IMG/VR virus record: IMGVR_UViG_3300005529_000032 | Coordinates: 6,594 to 70,593 of that record | Source of the DNA: a virus | Length of the DNA stretch: 64,000 bases | Reading direction: 5' to 3' (one strand) | Shown: piece after piece, positions 1-8,997 of the stretch | How positions within the stretch are numbered: position 1 is the stretch's first letter | How the letters are laid out: each line of letters opens with the position of its first letter | The notes under the pieces: generated by a model | Databases searched by the model: none | Told to the model about the DNA's origin: nothing | The model's input: only the letters and a program-made list of their open reading frames with translations | Translations under genes and position numbers: made by a program

Positions 1-865
1 CGATGCCTATCAGGTTCGGCACTTGGCCGCGATCCATGAGGATGCGGTCATAGAGCGCCATCACTGCTTCCGCGCTGAAACCAGCGGAGCCGTCGACCGA
101 CTTCGAGATCATCTGGTTTTCAATGCTGCGGTCGACGCCGGCAGTGAGCCCGGTGGACGCGGAACTAATCCAGTACTTCAAGCCGCGCGGACCGGCTGGA
201 TTTGCTCCGGACACGCCTTCGAAGGTGATGACGTCGCCCGCTGTGCCGTTTGGGACGATACCGCTCAGAGTCATCGTGCGAGCGCCGGTGTTGATCTGGG
301 TGGCGTACAAAGTGCCCGCAGATTTAAGGGTGGTTTTGGTCGAATCGTAGACCGTGTAGTATTGTCCGCGCCGCAGCAATTGCGTTCCGAACGCGTTGGT
401 CATGGTATAGACCGAACTGCCGGAGGCTGAGGAGTGCGCGTTCGAAGTCGCGAGCACGGCGGTTCCGTCGCCGTGGATCACCTTATCCCACAACAATTGG
501 AACTCTCGGAAGCCGTTCGCCACTGCTTGCAAGAACGGATTCTGTACTGCGACTTTTTTGTTCGTGGTCGCCTTGATCTGCAGCATGTCGAACTCGAAGT
601 TCAAGCGCATCGAGTAAAACGACTGCAGCATGGCGTTGCCACTTGGCGAGGAGCCTCGTCCCATGTCGCCCAACTGGTTGTCATAGTGGCCGAACCGGCC
701 GCCGAACGTAATTTGGAAGGGTACGCGGTAATCTCGTTCGCCGACGATCTCTACCTCGCCCTTGTCGATGAAATCCGACAGAACCTGAAAGTCTTTTTCC
801 ATCCAGAGCGGAAAGAGCTTGGTTCTGACGACTTCAGACTGTTGCCAGATTTGGTTAGTAGCCAT
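1..865 (-). CDS. Major capsid protein (3'-truncated by window edge)
   Basis: Not in the ORF track. ATG at 865 with AAGGAG RBS, open to the window edge (MATNQIWQQSEVVRTKLFPLWMEKDFQVLSDFIDKGEVEIVGERDYRVPF...GDGTAVLAT...GPRGLKYWI). Lies directly downstream of scaffold and portal genes. Confidence 0.75.
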   Translation of the reverse strand, partial: MATNQIWQQSEVVRTKLFPLWMEKDFQVLSDFIDKGEVEIVGERDYRVPFQITFGGRFGHYDNQLGDMGRGSSPSGNAMLQSFYSMRLNFEFDMLQIKATTNKKVAVQNPFLQAVANGFREFQLLWDKVIHGDGTAVLATSNAHSSASGSSVYTMTNAFGTQLLRRGQYYTVYDSTKTTLKSAGTLYATQINTGARTMTLSGIVPNGTAGDVITFEGVSGANPAGPRGLKYWISSASTGLTAGVDRSIENQMISKSVDGSAGFSAEAVMALYDRILMDRGQVPNLIGI

Positions 866-915
866 TGTCTCCTTGACCCGCGCACGAGACGCGCGCTAGG
901 TTCCTTCAGGCGCAC

Positions 916-2373
916 TTACCCGAGGAGTTGCTGGGCCTGCTTGACCGCTACTGCCGGATCGAACACGTTGTCTTTCATTTGGACGAGGTTATTCGGTGCG
1001 AGCGAGCGCGGCACAGTTCCACCTGAGCCCTTCGGTACGGTGCGGGTTTGCGCGGCTTGGCGCCGGGCGTGGTTTTGGTCGCTCCGCTCTTTCAACCGGG
1101 ACGCGGCAAACTCGAGAATCGGCTTCTTTGCCGCCTCAACTGCGAGTTTCGCGCGATTAACATACGCCTGCTTAATTGCCGCGCCGATCTCGTCCCGTCT
1201 CTGTGCAGAGGCGGCCCGTTGGGCTTGGTCGTTAAGGAGTTGGATTTTTCGGCTGAATCCCTCATCGGCGCGAATGGTCTCGGTGACCTTCCTGTGCAGG
1301 CGGTCAACGACGAGGTCATTGTAGTCGTTGGGGAAGTTCTTCCAGGCTTCAGCGACGCTGGCGAGAGCGGGTTTGATCGCCTCATCGAGAATACCTGTCC
1401 TCACGGTCTGAGAAACACCTTTATGCCAGGAGTCAAACTGTGCAGCTTGCTGGTTTCCGTTGTTTCCGTTCAGAAGAGAATTGAGTCGCGCGTTCTCAGC
1501 TTGCAGCCGCGCCACGTCGCCGCCCGCGTGCTGTCCCGCTAGGCCTGGCATTTCCTCTTTCTTGTAGAAGGGAATGCCCATGCGCTGAGTAATGCTGCGC
1601 ACTTGCGCAATATCGCGGACATCTTTCGGGACGTTGGCAAGCGCTAAAGCAAAGTGTTGCGCTGATAGAAAAAGGCTTTCATCACCCTTCGCGGCCGCTT
1701 CCTCGAACATCTCGCCGACGAGGTCCCGCGCCGCAGTGAACCGGAGCGTCGCGTACGCATCCGGAGCCTTCTCGCGAAGGGTTGTGTACATGCTCTGCGC
1801 GAAGGGAATAGCTGGATCATTGCCGACTTCGCCTTGCTCGCGCGCCCGCTGCATTTCCTCGAGCACGTAATGGAGTACGCCGGCCTGGGTTCGCGGATCT
1901 CCGCTGTTCAGGTCGTTGAATAACCGCTCTTGCGCGATGTAAGCTTCATGATGCAGTTGTAGCGCCTCGAGCGTCGCCGGTTCCCCGATCATTTCCGAGG
2001 CTTTTTGAACAAGCTGGTGATTGCCGTAAATGGTCTTCCAGCGAGGCTCTTCGACGAACAGACCTTCTTTGCCCTGCCGGTTCTTGCCGCGGACTACGCC
2101 CTCGGGAAGCTCTTCCGGTTGTTCGGTGGTCTCGGGCCTCTTTTCCGGTTCGCCGGTTACTGGCTCTTCTTCGGTGGTCTCTTCGGTCTCTTCTCCCGCG
2201 GCCGGTTCTTCAACCGTCGTGTCCTCAACGGGCTCGGGAGTCTCGATAGTATCGCTTGTTTCAGTGCTGCTTTCAGGAGCTTCTGCGTTGTCGACGATGC
2301 CGTCGAACAGGTCCGGAGGGGCCGTCGCTGCCAGATCGGCGCCGGACGTGATGGCTGGTGCTGGTTCTCCCAT
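916..2373 (-). CDS. Putative capsid scaffolding protein
   Basis: 485 aa with an acidic E/P/T-rich N-terminus and helical coiled-coil body; sits between portal and capsid. Confidence 0.65.
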   Translation of the reverse strand: MGEPAPAITSGADLAATAPPDLFDGIVDNAEAPESSTETSDTIETPEPVEDTTVEEPAAGEETEETTEEEPVTGEPEKRPETTEQPEELPEGVVRGKNRQGKEGLFVEEPRWKTIYGNHQLVQKASEMIGEPATLEALQLHHEAYIAQERLFNDLNSGDPRTQAGVLHYVLEEMQRAREQGEVGNDPAIPFAQSMYTTLREKAPDAYATLRFTAARDLVGEMFEEAAAKGDESLFLSAQHFALALANVPKDVRDIAQVRSITQRMGIPFYKKEEMPGLAGQHAGGDVARLQAENARLNSLLNGNNGNQQAAQFDSWHKGVSQTVRTGILDEAIKPALASVAEAWKNFPNDYNDLVVDRLHRKVTETIRADEGFSRKIQLLNDQAQRAASAQRRDEIGAAIKQAYVNRAKLAVEAAKKPILEFAASRLKERSDQNHARRQAAQTRTVPKGSGGTVPRSLAPNNLVQMKDNVFDPAVAVKQAQQLLG

Positions 2374-2396
2374 TACTAGGTAACGTTACCTAGTAA
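2373..2396. promoter_or_regulatory. 24-bp perfect palindrome (two TACYNRGTA operator copies) abutting the scaffold start codon
   Basis: TTACTAGGTAAC|GTTACCTAGTAA. Confidence 0.7.
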
Positions 2397-2484
2397 GTAC
2401 TGTACACCAATATCAATAAGTTGCAACGATCTTCAATGGTTTAGGGGTTTGAAAAGCGTCGTTGCCGGAAGCACGTACGGGCTT

Positions 2485-2520
2485 CACAAAACGGCAAGGT
2501 CCCGGCTGCGAACCGGGACC
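2485..2520 (-). terminator. Putative intrinsic terminator after the portal gene
   Basis: Stem GGTCCCGG/CCGGGACC (2498-2520) followed on the minus strand by TTGCCGTTTTGT. Confidence 0.45.
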
Positions 2521-2671
2521 CTGTACTAGAAGCAGGAAGGAGGTTCCTGCCTATGGAACTTCTGGCGTTCGTAGTGCTCCTCATTTTCATGAGGAAGCGG
2601 CGAACCAGGGTCAAAGTTGAAGTTGGGTGGTGACGCCGCCCGACCCTTCGACTGCATTGTACTAAAAATTA

Positions 2672-5035
2672 CTACTGGACCGGACCGGCGGGAGGCGGAC
2701 CGGCTACACCGTTCGGCAAAGGCGGTATCGGCGAGGCTTGTTGTACGGGCGATGGTCCGACCGGTGGTGTCGGCGCTCCCATGTCCGGAGGTCCCGGAGG
2801 TCCTGCCGGAGCGGGAGGTGCTGCCGATTGCTGTTCGGGAGGTAACCCGGCGCCCTGCAACACCTCGTTCATAAGCTGCGGGAAGTCTTCGAGCTTCGCG
2901 CTGAGGGCCAAGTTCGCCTTGACTGGTGGAGGCGGAGGTGGAGGCGGAGGCGTTGCGAGTGCCTGATGGGCCTGCCAGAATGCTTGTACGTTCTGAAACC
3001 CTTGCGGATTTGAGTTCCGCGCGTCGCGACCGGGCTTCGAAATCATCCACGTCGCGACCACGGCAACGACAAGCGTATGGTTGTCGAACGGGTCAGGCGG
3101 CATGGACGGCTGCGGCTCGCCCGGAGATCCATCGGGTCCCGGTTGCCCTGGCATCGGAGGTTCGGCGAGGAGTTGCTCGATGTCCGAAAGAGTCTTTTCT
3201 TTCTGGTCGCGCAGAGCAGATTCGAATCCGGGTACTTGGATGAGCTCGAAAACCTCTTCGATGTTGAGTGGGTCGAGTACGGAGAGGGCTTGCTGCACCT
3301 CCGGAGGGAAGTCTTTAAGCAGGCTGAACACCGCATCCCGACGGTCGCTCAACGTCATTGGGAAGTCGTCGTTCGCTTCAACGTGCCATCCGGACTCGCG
3401 CAGTTGCGCCATGTCCGCAATGTCGGTTGCGCGGCCGTATGCAGTCTGACGCCGTGCGGTCACAGTTCCGCAGCCATACTTGGCGCGCAACTTCACGAGG
3501 ATAGTCGCCATCTCCTCGGATGCGATACGCATTTCTTCAGCCTGTGGGGCAAGCTGCATGAGCGCCTGATCCCGGCGTTGTTTCGCTTCGCGGTAAGTCT
3601 GCGTTGGTTGGCCGCCGCCCGAGAGCTCGGGCCGGATGCCCGTGATGTCCTGCATGAGCGTGCGCGCCTGAGTCAGGAAAGGTAAAACCTGATCGCCCAG
3701 ACGTGCCGGCGGAATCTGGAAGACACGCTTTGCGATATCGCCATCGACCGGCATCGCCGTCGGGATCAGCTCGTCCGGAACTGCCCGATTGGTGCTTGCC
3801 GCTTTGCGGTCTAATAACTGAGCGTCGAAAATCGTCCGCGTGATCGCCCGCAGGACCGTCTCGAGGGCCATCCCGAAGAGATCGTCAATAGCGCGCTGAA
3901 TCGGAACGGAGTCTCCGGCTATCGGCTTCTCGTGAATTTTCTCGCTGCGTCCCACGCGGCAAACGGTCCACTCATTCTCGACCGCCTGATTGTCGATCTT
4001 GCAGGTTTTTGAGCCAACACGGGCGATATACAGTCCGTCCGAGAACTGGGCTTTAAAAACGGCGCGAGCCTCGGCGTCTTGAATCGCCTCGAACAGGTAC
4101 GTTGGAATCCAGTACTCAGCATGGCGCCAATGGTTGTGCGGCTTGGCTTTCCCTGTGCCCGACGGATTTGTGACGGCGTCCCGCGCTTCCTGTGCTGCGT
4201 TGCTCGAGGCGGAGTAGTCATCGTCCGGAACATCCCCGTCCCGATACTCGTCGAGTGGACCCGGTTGTCCGGCTTGGCCTTTGTACTGCGCGAGCAGCGA
4301 CCACTTGGGACGCATCACCTCAAGCCGGAGCGGATTGTTGCGCAACTCCTCGGCTTCATAGGGAATGCTGACTTCCAGAATCGAATAAACCTGGATCTGC
4401 GCGTCGCCATTGGCGTAGGTTGTCGTTCCAGTGACCACTGGCATCGGGGTTCCGTCCGGTGCCATCTGGATCTCAACTTGCGGCTCGCTGGTCTGTCCGT
4501 ACTTCTTGGCGTCGGTATCCCAATAGCAGCGGATGAAAGCGGGCCCGGTCACATACTGATGAAACGCGAGTGCTTTCCACTTGCGATCAATCTTGGCCTT
4601 GGTCCAGATGTCGCGCACTTGGACGTCGGCATTCTGCGACATCTCGAAATCGTCGCTATTGCCCTCCATGTCGGGTACAGCCTTAACGCGCGGTGCGTTC
4701 TGGCCCATGACCGCCATGTACTTGTAAAGATCTCCGCCGATCACGTTGATTGGAGGAGTCAGTTGGACGGCCGCGCCATTCTCCGAGTCTGCGGAGATGT
4801 CGAACGGAATGTAATCGATGATGTCGCCATAGCCGGAAGTGACCTGCCCTGGGACGGCGAAGTGATTCCCTTTGACGAACTGCCAATTCAGCCGGGCCTG
4901 ATTGACGTGGATCTGCCGCTCCATCTCATACGCGTTGTCCAGTGCTGCTTTGATCAGTTGCGTGAGCACGCTATCGTAGTGTCGAATGATCTCATCGTTC
5001 GACAACGCCGCAGGGGCTGGGCCGACTATCTCCAC
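2672..5035 (-). CDS. Portal protein (P22/podovirus-like)
   Basis: 787 aa with 'LMQDITGIRPELSG' and 'QTYREAKQRRDQA' portal-like segments and a Pro/Gln-rich C-terminal tail; position upstream of scaffold and capsid. Confidence 0.8.
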   Translation of the reverse strand: MEIVGPAPAALSNDEIIRHYDSVLTQLIKAALDNAYEMERQIHVNQARLNWQFVKGNHFAVPGQVTSGYGDIIDYIPFDISADSENGAAVQLTPPINVIGGDLYKYMAVMGQNAPRVKAVPDMEGNSDDFEMSQNADVQVRDIWTKAKIDRKWKALAFHQYVTGPAFIRCYWDTDAKKYGQTSEPQVEIQMAPDGTPMPVVTGTTTYANGDAQIQVYSILEVSIPYEAEELRNNPLRLEVMRPKWSLLAQYKGQAGQPGPLDEYRDGDVPDDDYSASSNAAQEARDAVTNPSGTGKAKPHNHWRHAEYWIPTYLFEAIQDAEARAVFKAQFSDGLYIARVGSKTCKIDNQAVENEWTVCRVGRSEKIHEKPIAGDSVPIQRAIDDLFGMALETVLRAITRTIFDAQLLDRKAASTNRAVPDELIPTAMPVDGDIAKRVFQIPPARLGDQVLPFLTQARTLMQDITGIRPELSGGGQPTQTYREAKQRRDQALMQLAPQAEEMRIASEEMATILVKLRAKYGCGTVTARRQTAYGRATDIADMAQLRESGWHVEANDDFPMTLSDRRDAVFSLLKDFPPEVQQALSVLDPLNIEEVFELIQVPGFESALRDQKEKTLSDIEQLLAEPPMPGQPGPDGSPGEPQPSMPPDPFDNHTLVVAVVATWMISKPGRDARNSNPQGFQNVQAFWQAHQALATPPPPPPPPPVKANLALSAKLEDFPQLMNEVLQGAGLPPEQQSAAPPAPAGPPGPPDMGAPTPPVGPSPVQQASPIPPLPNGVAGPPPAGPVQ

Positions 5036-5425
5036 TTAGTCCTTTCCGAACTTCTCCTGAATAAACTCGTTCTGCCTCTGCTTGACTGCCTCACTGGCCA
5101 AAATGCGCCGCCGTCCCATCGGCTCCGCGCTTGCCGGGTCGGGAATGGTGCCCGGTGACAGATGGGGCGCTTCCGGGTAAGGGACGCCGCCTCCCATTCG
5201 TTGCCACGTCTGGTTGATGTGCATCTGGTAAGCGGTGCGCTCATTCCGTAGGGATTCCTGCATGGTGTCCCACAACCGGGAACGGTCCGCCGCAAGCGTG
5301 TCGATGCGGTCCTGCAGCCGCAAGTTTTCCTGAGTTAGCCGTGCATGATCTTCCCGTAAAGCCTCGAGTTCGGCGTGCACGCGCCGATACTCCGGAAAAA
5401 AACGAATCAGAAAATCACGATCCAT
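5036..5425 (-). CDS. Hypothetical coiled-coil protein
   Basis: MDRDFLIRFF... start with GGAGG RBS; translationally coupled to portal. Confidence 0.6.
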   Translation of the reverse strand: MDRDFLIRFFPEYRRVHAELEALREDHARLTQENLRLQDRIDTLAADRSRLWDTMQESLRNERTAYQMHINQTWQRMGGGVPYPEAPHLSPGTIPDPASAEPMGRRRILASEAVKQRQNEFIQEKFGKD

Positions 5426-5747
5426 AGCCGCCGCGAGATCGTGCTGGTGGTCCGGCTGCTGGCGCGAGTGGGTAGTCATCTTCATCGTTGCTGGTGTCTA
5501 CGTCGCTGGTCTGATCATTGCCGCCCAACTGGTCACTTAGCTGCGAAAGCACGGCTTGCAACGTGCTTGCCTGGTCGGGCGTAAGCCGGAGCGTGATATC
5601 TCCGGTGTCGGTTCCGTCCTCGCTCGAGGCCGGATTGTCCTGTGTCGCGGAAGGACCGAGACTCTGTTTCGCTGGTGGCGCAGAGGACGCGCTGAAATCC
5701 GAAGGCGCGTCGAGATCGGTCGCAGTCTTAGAACGTGGCATTGCCAT
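5415..5747 (-). CDS. Hypothetical acidic protein
   Basis: 110-aa ORF preceded by AGGAGAGG and TACYNRGTA motifs. Confidence 0.55.
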   Translation of the reverse strand: MAMPRSKTATDLDAPSDFSASSAPPAKQSLGPSATQDNPASSEDGTDTGDITLRLTPDQASTLQAVLSQLSDQLGGNDQTSDVDTSNDEDDYPLAPAAGPPARSRGGYGS

Positions 5748-5884
5748 TTTGTTTTCTGCCCTCCTACTAGGTGCAGTTACTCAGTAGCGTACATCAGTCA
5801 CGCGGGGCTTGTCCGAACCCAGCAAAGGAAGGCCAAGCCCGCATGATTTGCTCTGGACTAGTTCGCATCCTCCTTTCGCTTTTT

Positions 5885-8356
5885 TTAATGAACGACTACA
5901 TTCCCTTTCACGGTCAAGGCGCCGGAGACTGTCGCCGGATTTGTGCTCGAGCCGCCGCCCGAGGTCCAGGCAAGGGACACCACCGTCGCTGCGGGTACGG
6001 TGTAGGTAGACCCGGCAGAAACGGTGCTCGTTGCCATGGTGATGTGGTTAAACACAGTCTCGTTATTGTCGTCTGCGCCCGTCGTGTTGTTCAGACGGGT
6101 TTGCGTCAGAGTGCCGGCCGGAACATCGCCTGCCCAGGTTAGGGTCGCCGAACTCGAAGGGTCGGTATTGATGAGCAGGACAGACCGCGCCGTCCCATTT
6201 TTGAACGCATAGGCGAAAAGGCTCGGAACATTACTCTCGGCGGGTAGACCATTCAACGCGGAAACGCTATAAGTTGGCCTGCCACTAGTGAAGCTCGCGC
6301 TGTACATCGTGCCCTGAATCGCGCCGTTCGCGATGAGGAGTCCCAATCCTGCCGGACGCGCGATGTAGCTTGCGCTGATGGAAGCGCTCTCGGAGCCGCC
6401 GATCTCCGGAAAAAGACCAAACAGCGGCAGCACTGTTGAATCCGTTGTGCCCGTGCCGGCCGTCTGGTTCAGGTCCCAGAAATTCTGAGGATCGTTGTAA
6501 ACCCGTAGCCGCTCCATTGCGGCCATGATCTGCATCGGCCCATTCATCAGCGCACCGACATGCGTCGCAAGGTTCGCGCCGGTTGCAGGAGTCGAGTACC
6601 GGAGCTCGTTCGAATTGAACTCGTAAGTGACGATCTTCACTGTCGGCCGCGTGGTCGTAGCGACCCAGTTGTTATAAGCCACGTGCCAGCCGTTTGTGGC
6701 GTCATTCGTGTTGGCCCAGGCGGAAGCAAGATCCGGCTGCCACTCATGCGCCAAGGTATCGATGGTGGTCAGTTGCTCGCCGATATAAGAAGCAATTTCA
6801 ACCGCATCATGATAGGCATCCGCATCATGCGCGTCCTGACAGGAAGCGGTACTAGCGATGTCGCCGTGACAATTGAGATTCAGGGTGTAAAAACTGGTCG
6901 AGTAACTCGCCATGCCCTTCATCGCCCCGAACGCGACCGAGGCTAACTGGCCATAGCGGATGTAACTCTGTGCGCCGCTGCCGCGGGGAGACATTGACTC
7001 GCCATTGAAGTCTGAATTCCACGCTTCATTGCCCAAGCTTAGATAAATGTGCGGCAAAGTAGTCGCGAAGGATGCGCTATGCCCCAGCGCGGCTCGCTTC
7101 GAGCCGTAGGTGGTTCCTGTTCCGCCGCTGATGAAATCGATCAGGTTCTGATCTTCGGCAGTGGTGAAGCTCGTCGGCACGACAATCCACGGCGCCACGT
7201 TGAGCAACTCGCACAACTGTAGGAAGTCGAAAAGACCCTGGCGGGTAGCGGTCCCTCCGTTCCGATCATTTGCCGTCGGATAATCGCCCGTATTGCCCGT
7301 GCCGTAATTCGACGTTTTTCGCCCGAGTTGCGGAGTGATCCAGTTATCGAGGCTCTCGCCAACGTGCTCGTCCCAGAGCCGGAGCGTCCCTGGGTTGATC
7401 GACTGTAGCAGATGTACAGCCTCGTCCCGGTAAACCGTCGTGTTCGCCGCGTCCTGTCCACTGGTCTTGGTTAATTGGACATCATCGAGCTCGAGGACGC
7501 CCTGCCCGGTTGTGCCGAAGTTGATCGAAACAGTCCCGGCTGGCGTGCTCGAGGTTTCAGTACCGGTGAAGGTGAGCGTATATTGCGCCCAACTCGTCGT
7601 CGGGGTAAAGCCCTGGGACGCACTAACGCCTCCAGTGACGCCGCGGCTGACCGACGCTGTGATGGTCGAACTCCCGGAAACGCGCTTCATCCAAAACGTG
7701 AAACTGTAATTGCCACTGAAGAGCACATAATTGTTGTCATTCGTCGAGTCAATGTACGTCGTCAGGTTGACCGAGGAAGACGCGGCCGAGGTGTCGAGCT
7801 TTGCCGCTTGCGTGCCTTGCGTGCTTCCGGATAAGTCGGTTGTTTCTGGTCCGTACGTCGCACCGCCAGAGATGCCGGCAGCCCATCCCTGAATGAGCGT
7901 GCTCGTTTGCCGGATCTCCATATAGTCGCCTGCTACCGGAGCTTGTGAGCACGCCGAACTGAACGTGTAGGTAATGGGCTGGGTGTTCGAAGCGTTGGTG
8001 TTGTTCCCGCTGAGTGTGCCGCCGCAACTCGTGATGCCCGTTGCGCCCACCTTGAACTGGAACGTCGCGCCCGCCCAGAAATTCGTCGGAGCGCCGTCAT
8101 AAATGTCATCCGCGACACAAGTCGTTGTCGTGCCGTTCGCGCAGTAGATGATTTGCGATTTGACGAAACCTTCAAACCCCGGATTATTGAATCCGACGAG
8201 GTTCTTATACATTTGCCCCGAGTCGTAATAATTGGTAGCCGCGAAGTTGATGCCGATCCGGTTCGGACTTGCCTGCACTGTCGTCGCCTCGCTGAGTGTG
8301 AGGGTTTGCGCCTGCACCGCCGTTGCTAGGAGCGCAAGCGAAAAGAGTGTTTTCAC
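5885..8356 (-). CDS. Secreted glycoside hydrolase-like protein (GH-A clan, alpha-L-arabinofuranosidase-like, with CBM-like domain); candidate depolymerase
   Basis: Signal peptide MKTLFSLALLATAVQA|Q; 'LRLW', 'GLFDFLQLCELLNVAPWIVVP', 'YLSLGNEAWN' (NE acid/base), 'VTYE' (nucleophile-like); C-terminal beta-sandwich 'VLLINTD...YTVPAATV'. Confidence 0.65.
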   Translation of the reverse strand: MKTLFSLALLATAVQAQTLTLSEATTVQASPNRIGINFAATNYYDSGQMYKNLVGFNNPGFEGFVKSQIIYCANGTTTTCVADDIYDGAPTNFWAGATFQFKVGATGITSCGGTLSGNNTNASNTQPITYTFSSACSQAPVAGDYMEIRQTSTLIQGWAAGISGGATYGPETTDLSGSTQGTQAAKLDTSAASSSVNLTTYIDSTNDNNYVLFSGNYSFTFWMKRVSGSSTITASVSRGVTGGVSASQGFTPTTSWAQYTLTFTGTETSSTPAGTVSINFGTTGQGVLELDDVQLTKTSGQDAANTTVYRDEAVHLLQSINPGTLRLWDEHVGESLDNWITPQLGRKTSNYGTGNTGDYPTANDRNGGTATRQGLFDFLQLCELLNVAPWIVVPTSFTTAEDQNLIDFISGGTGTTYGSKRAALGHSASFATTLPHIYLSLGNEAWNSDFNGESMSPRGSGAQSYIRYGQLASVAFGAMKGMASYSTSFYTLNLNCHGDIASTASCQDAHDADAYHDAVEIASYIGEQLTTIDTLAHEWQPDLASAWANTNDATNGWHVAYNNWVATTTRPTVKIVTYEFNSNELRYSTPATGANLATHVGALMNGPMQIMAAMERLRVYNDPQNFWDLNQTAGTGTTDSTVLPLFGLFPEIGGSESASISASYIARPAGLGLLIANGAIQGTMYSASFTSGRPTYSVSALNGLPAESNVPSLFAYAFKNGTARSVLLINTDPSSSATLTWAGDVPAGTLTQTRLNNTTGADDNNETVFNHITMATSTVSAGSTYTVPAATVVSLAWTSGGGSSTNPATVSGALTVKGNVVVH

Positions 8357-8997
8357 TGCACGCCCGCGCGGATGTCCGGCATCTCGTCAGCTTGGTCGCC
8401 CGAAAAGGCAATCGTGGCCGGGAATCCGGTCGTGTAATTATTCGAATCGAATTGGTTGTGCGCTCCTGCCGTTCCCCATCCGAAGGAAACACCATTACCG
8501 CCCGTAGCGCTTGCCACAAGCTGATAAGTTGAGCCGCCCGTGAGTGTCACTGTCGGAATGGACGCGCCCGAGGAATTGACAAACGCGGTGTGCTCGACCC
8601 AGGACAAGGATGTGCTGGGGACAGTGATCGCCGCCGATCCCTGCGCGATCAGCGTGTGATCATGGGTTCCGTCGACGGGTCCATAAATCGCGACTCGCGC
8701 CGTTCCCGCAGAAGCGCCGGCATTCTCGACGTAGACAGCTAATGAAACGAGGGTCTTACTGCCGGAACCGGGACACGTGGCATAGGGAGCGCCCGCGCTG
8801 GTATCTAGGCCCACATAAAAGTTAGTGAGGTCGTCCAGGCTGGTCCCTATCGGCGTGCCGGTCGATGTGCTGGCCACTGCTCCGAAGTAAGTCGTTGTTG
8901 CTGCGCCGCTGCCCTTACTTCCCGGACCAGGGAAGGGCAGGAACTGTGCACAGCAAACACTTGCGGCAATCAGTGCGATCACAAGAAGGGTCCGCAT
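8353..8997 (-). CDS. Signal-peptide beta-rich virion/fibre-associated protein
   Basis: MRTLLVIALIAASVCCA|Q; T/S/G-rich; TGATG coupling to the upstream gene. Confidence 0.6.
   Translation of the reverse strand: MRTLLVIALIAASVCCAQFLPFPGPGSKGSGAATTTYFGAVASTSTGTPIGTSLDDLTNFYVGLDTSAGAPYATCPGSGSKTLVSLAVYVENAGASAGTARVAIYGPVDGTHDHTLIAQGSAAITVPSTSLSWVEHTAFVNSSGASIPTVTLTGGSTYQLVASATGGNGVSFGWGTAGAHNQFDSNNYTTGFPATIAFSGDQADEMPDIRAGVQ

Noticed and set aside
434-1324. 296-aa plus-strand ORF and similar long antisense ORFs (4079-5158, 25580-26311, 46102-47520)
   Set aside because: Shadow ORFs opposite well-supported minus-strand genes in GC-rich DNA, with no motifs.
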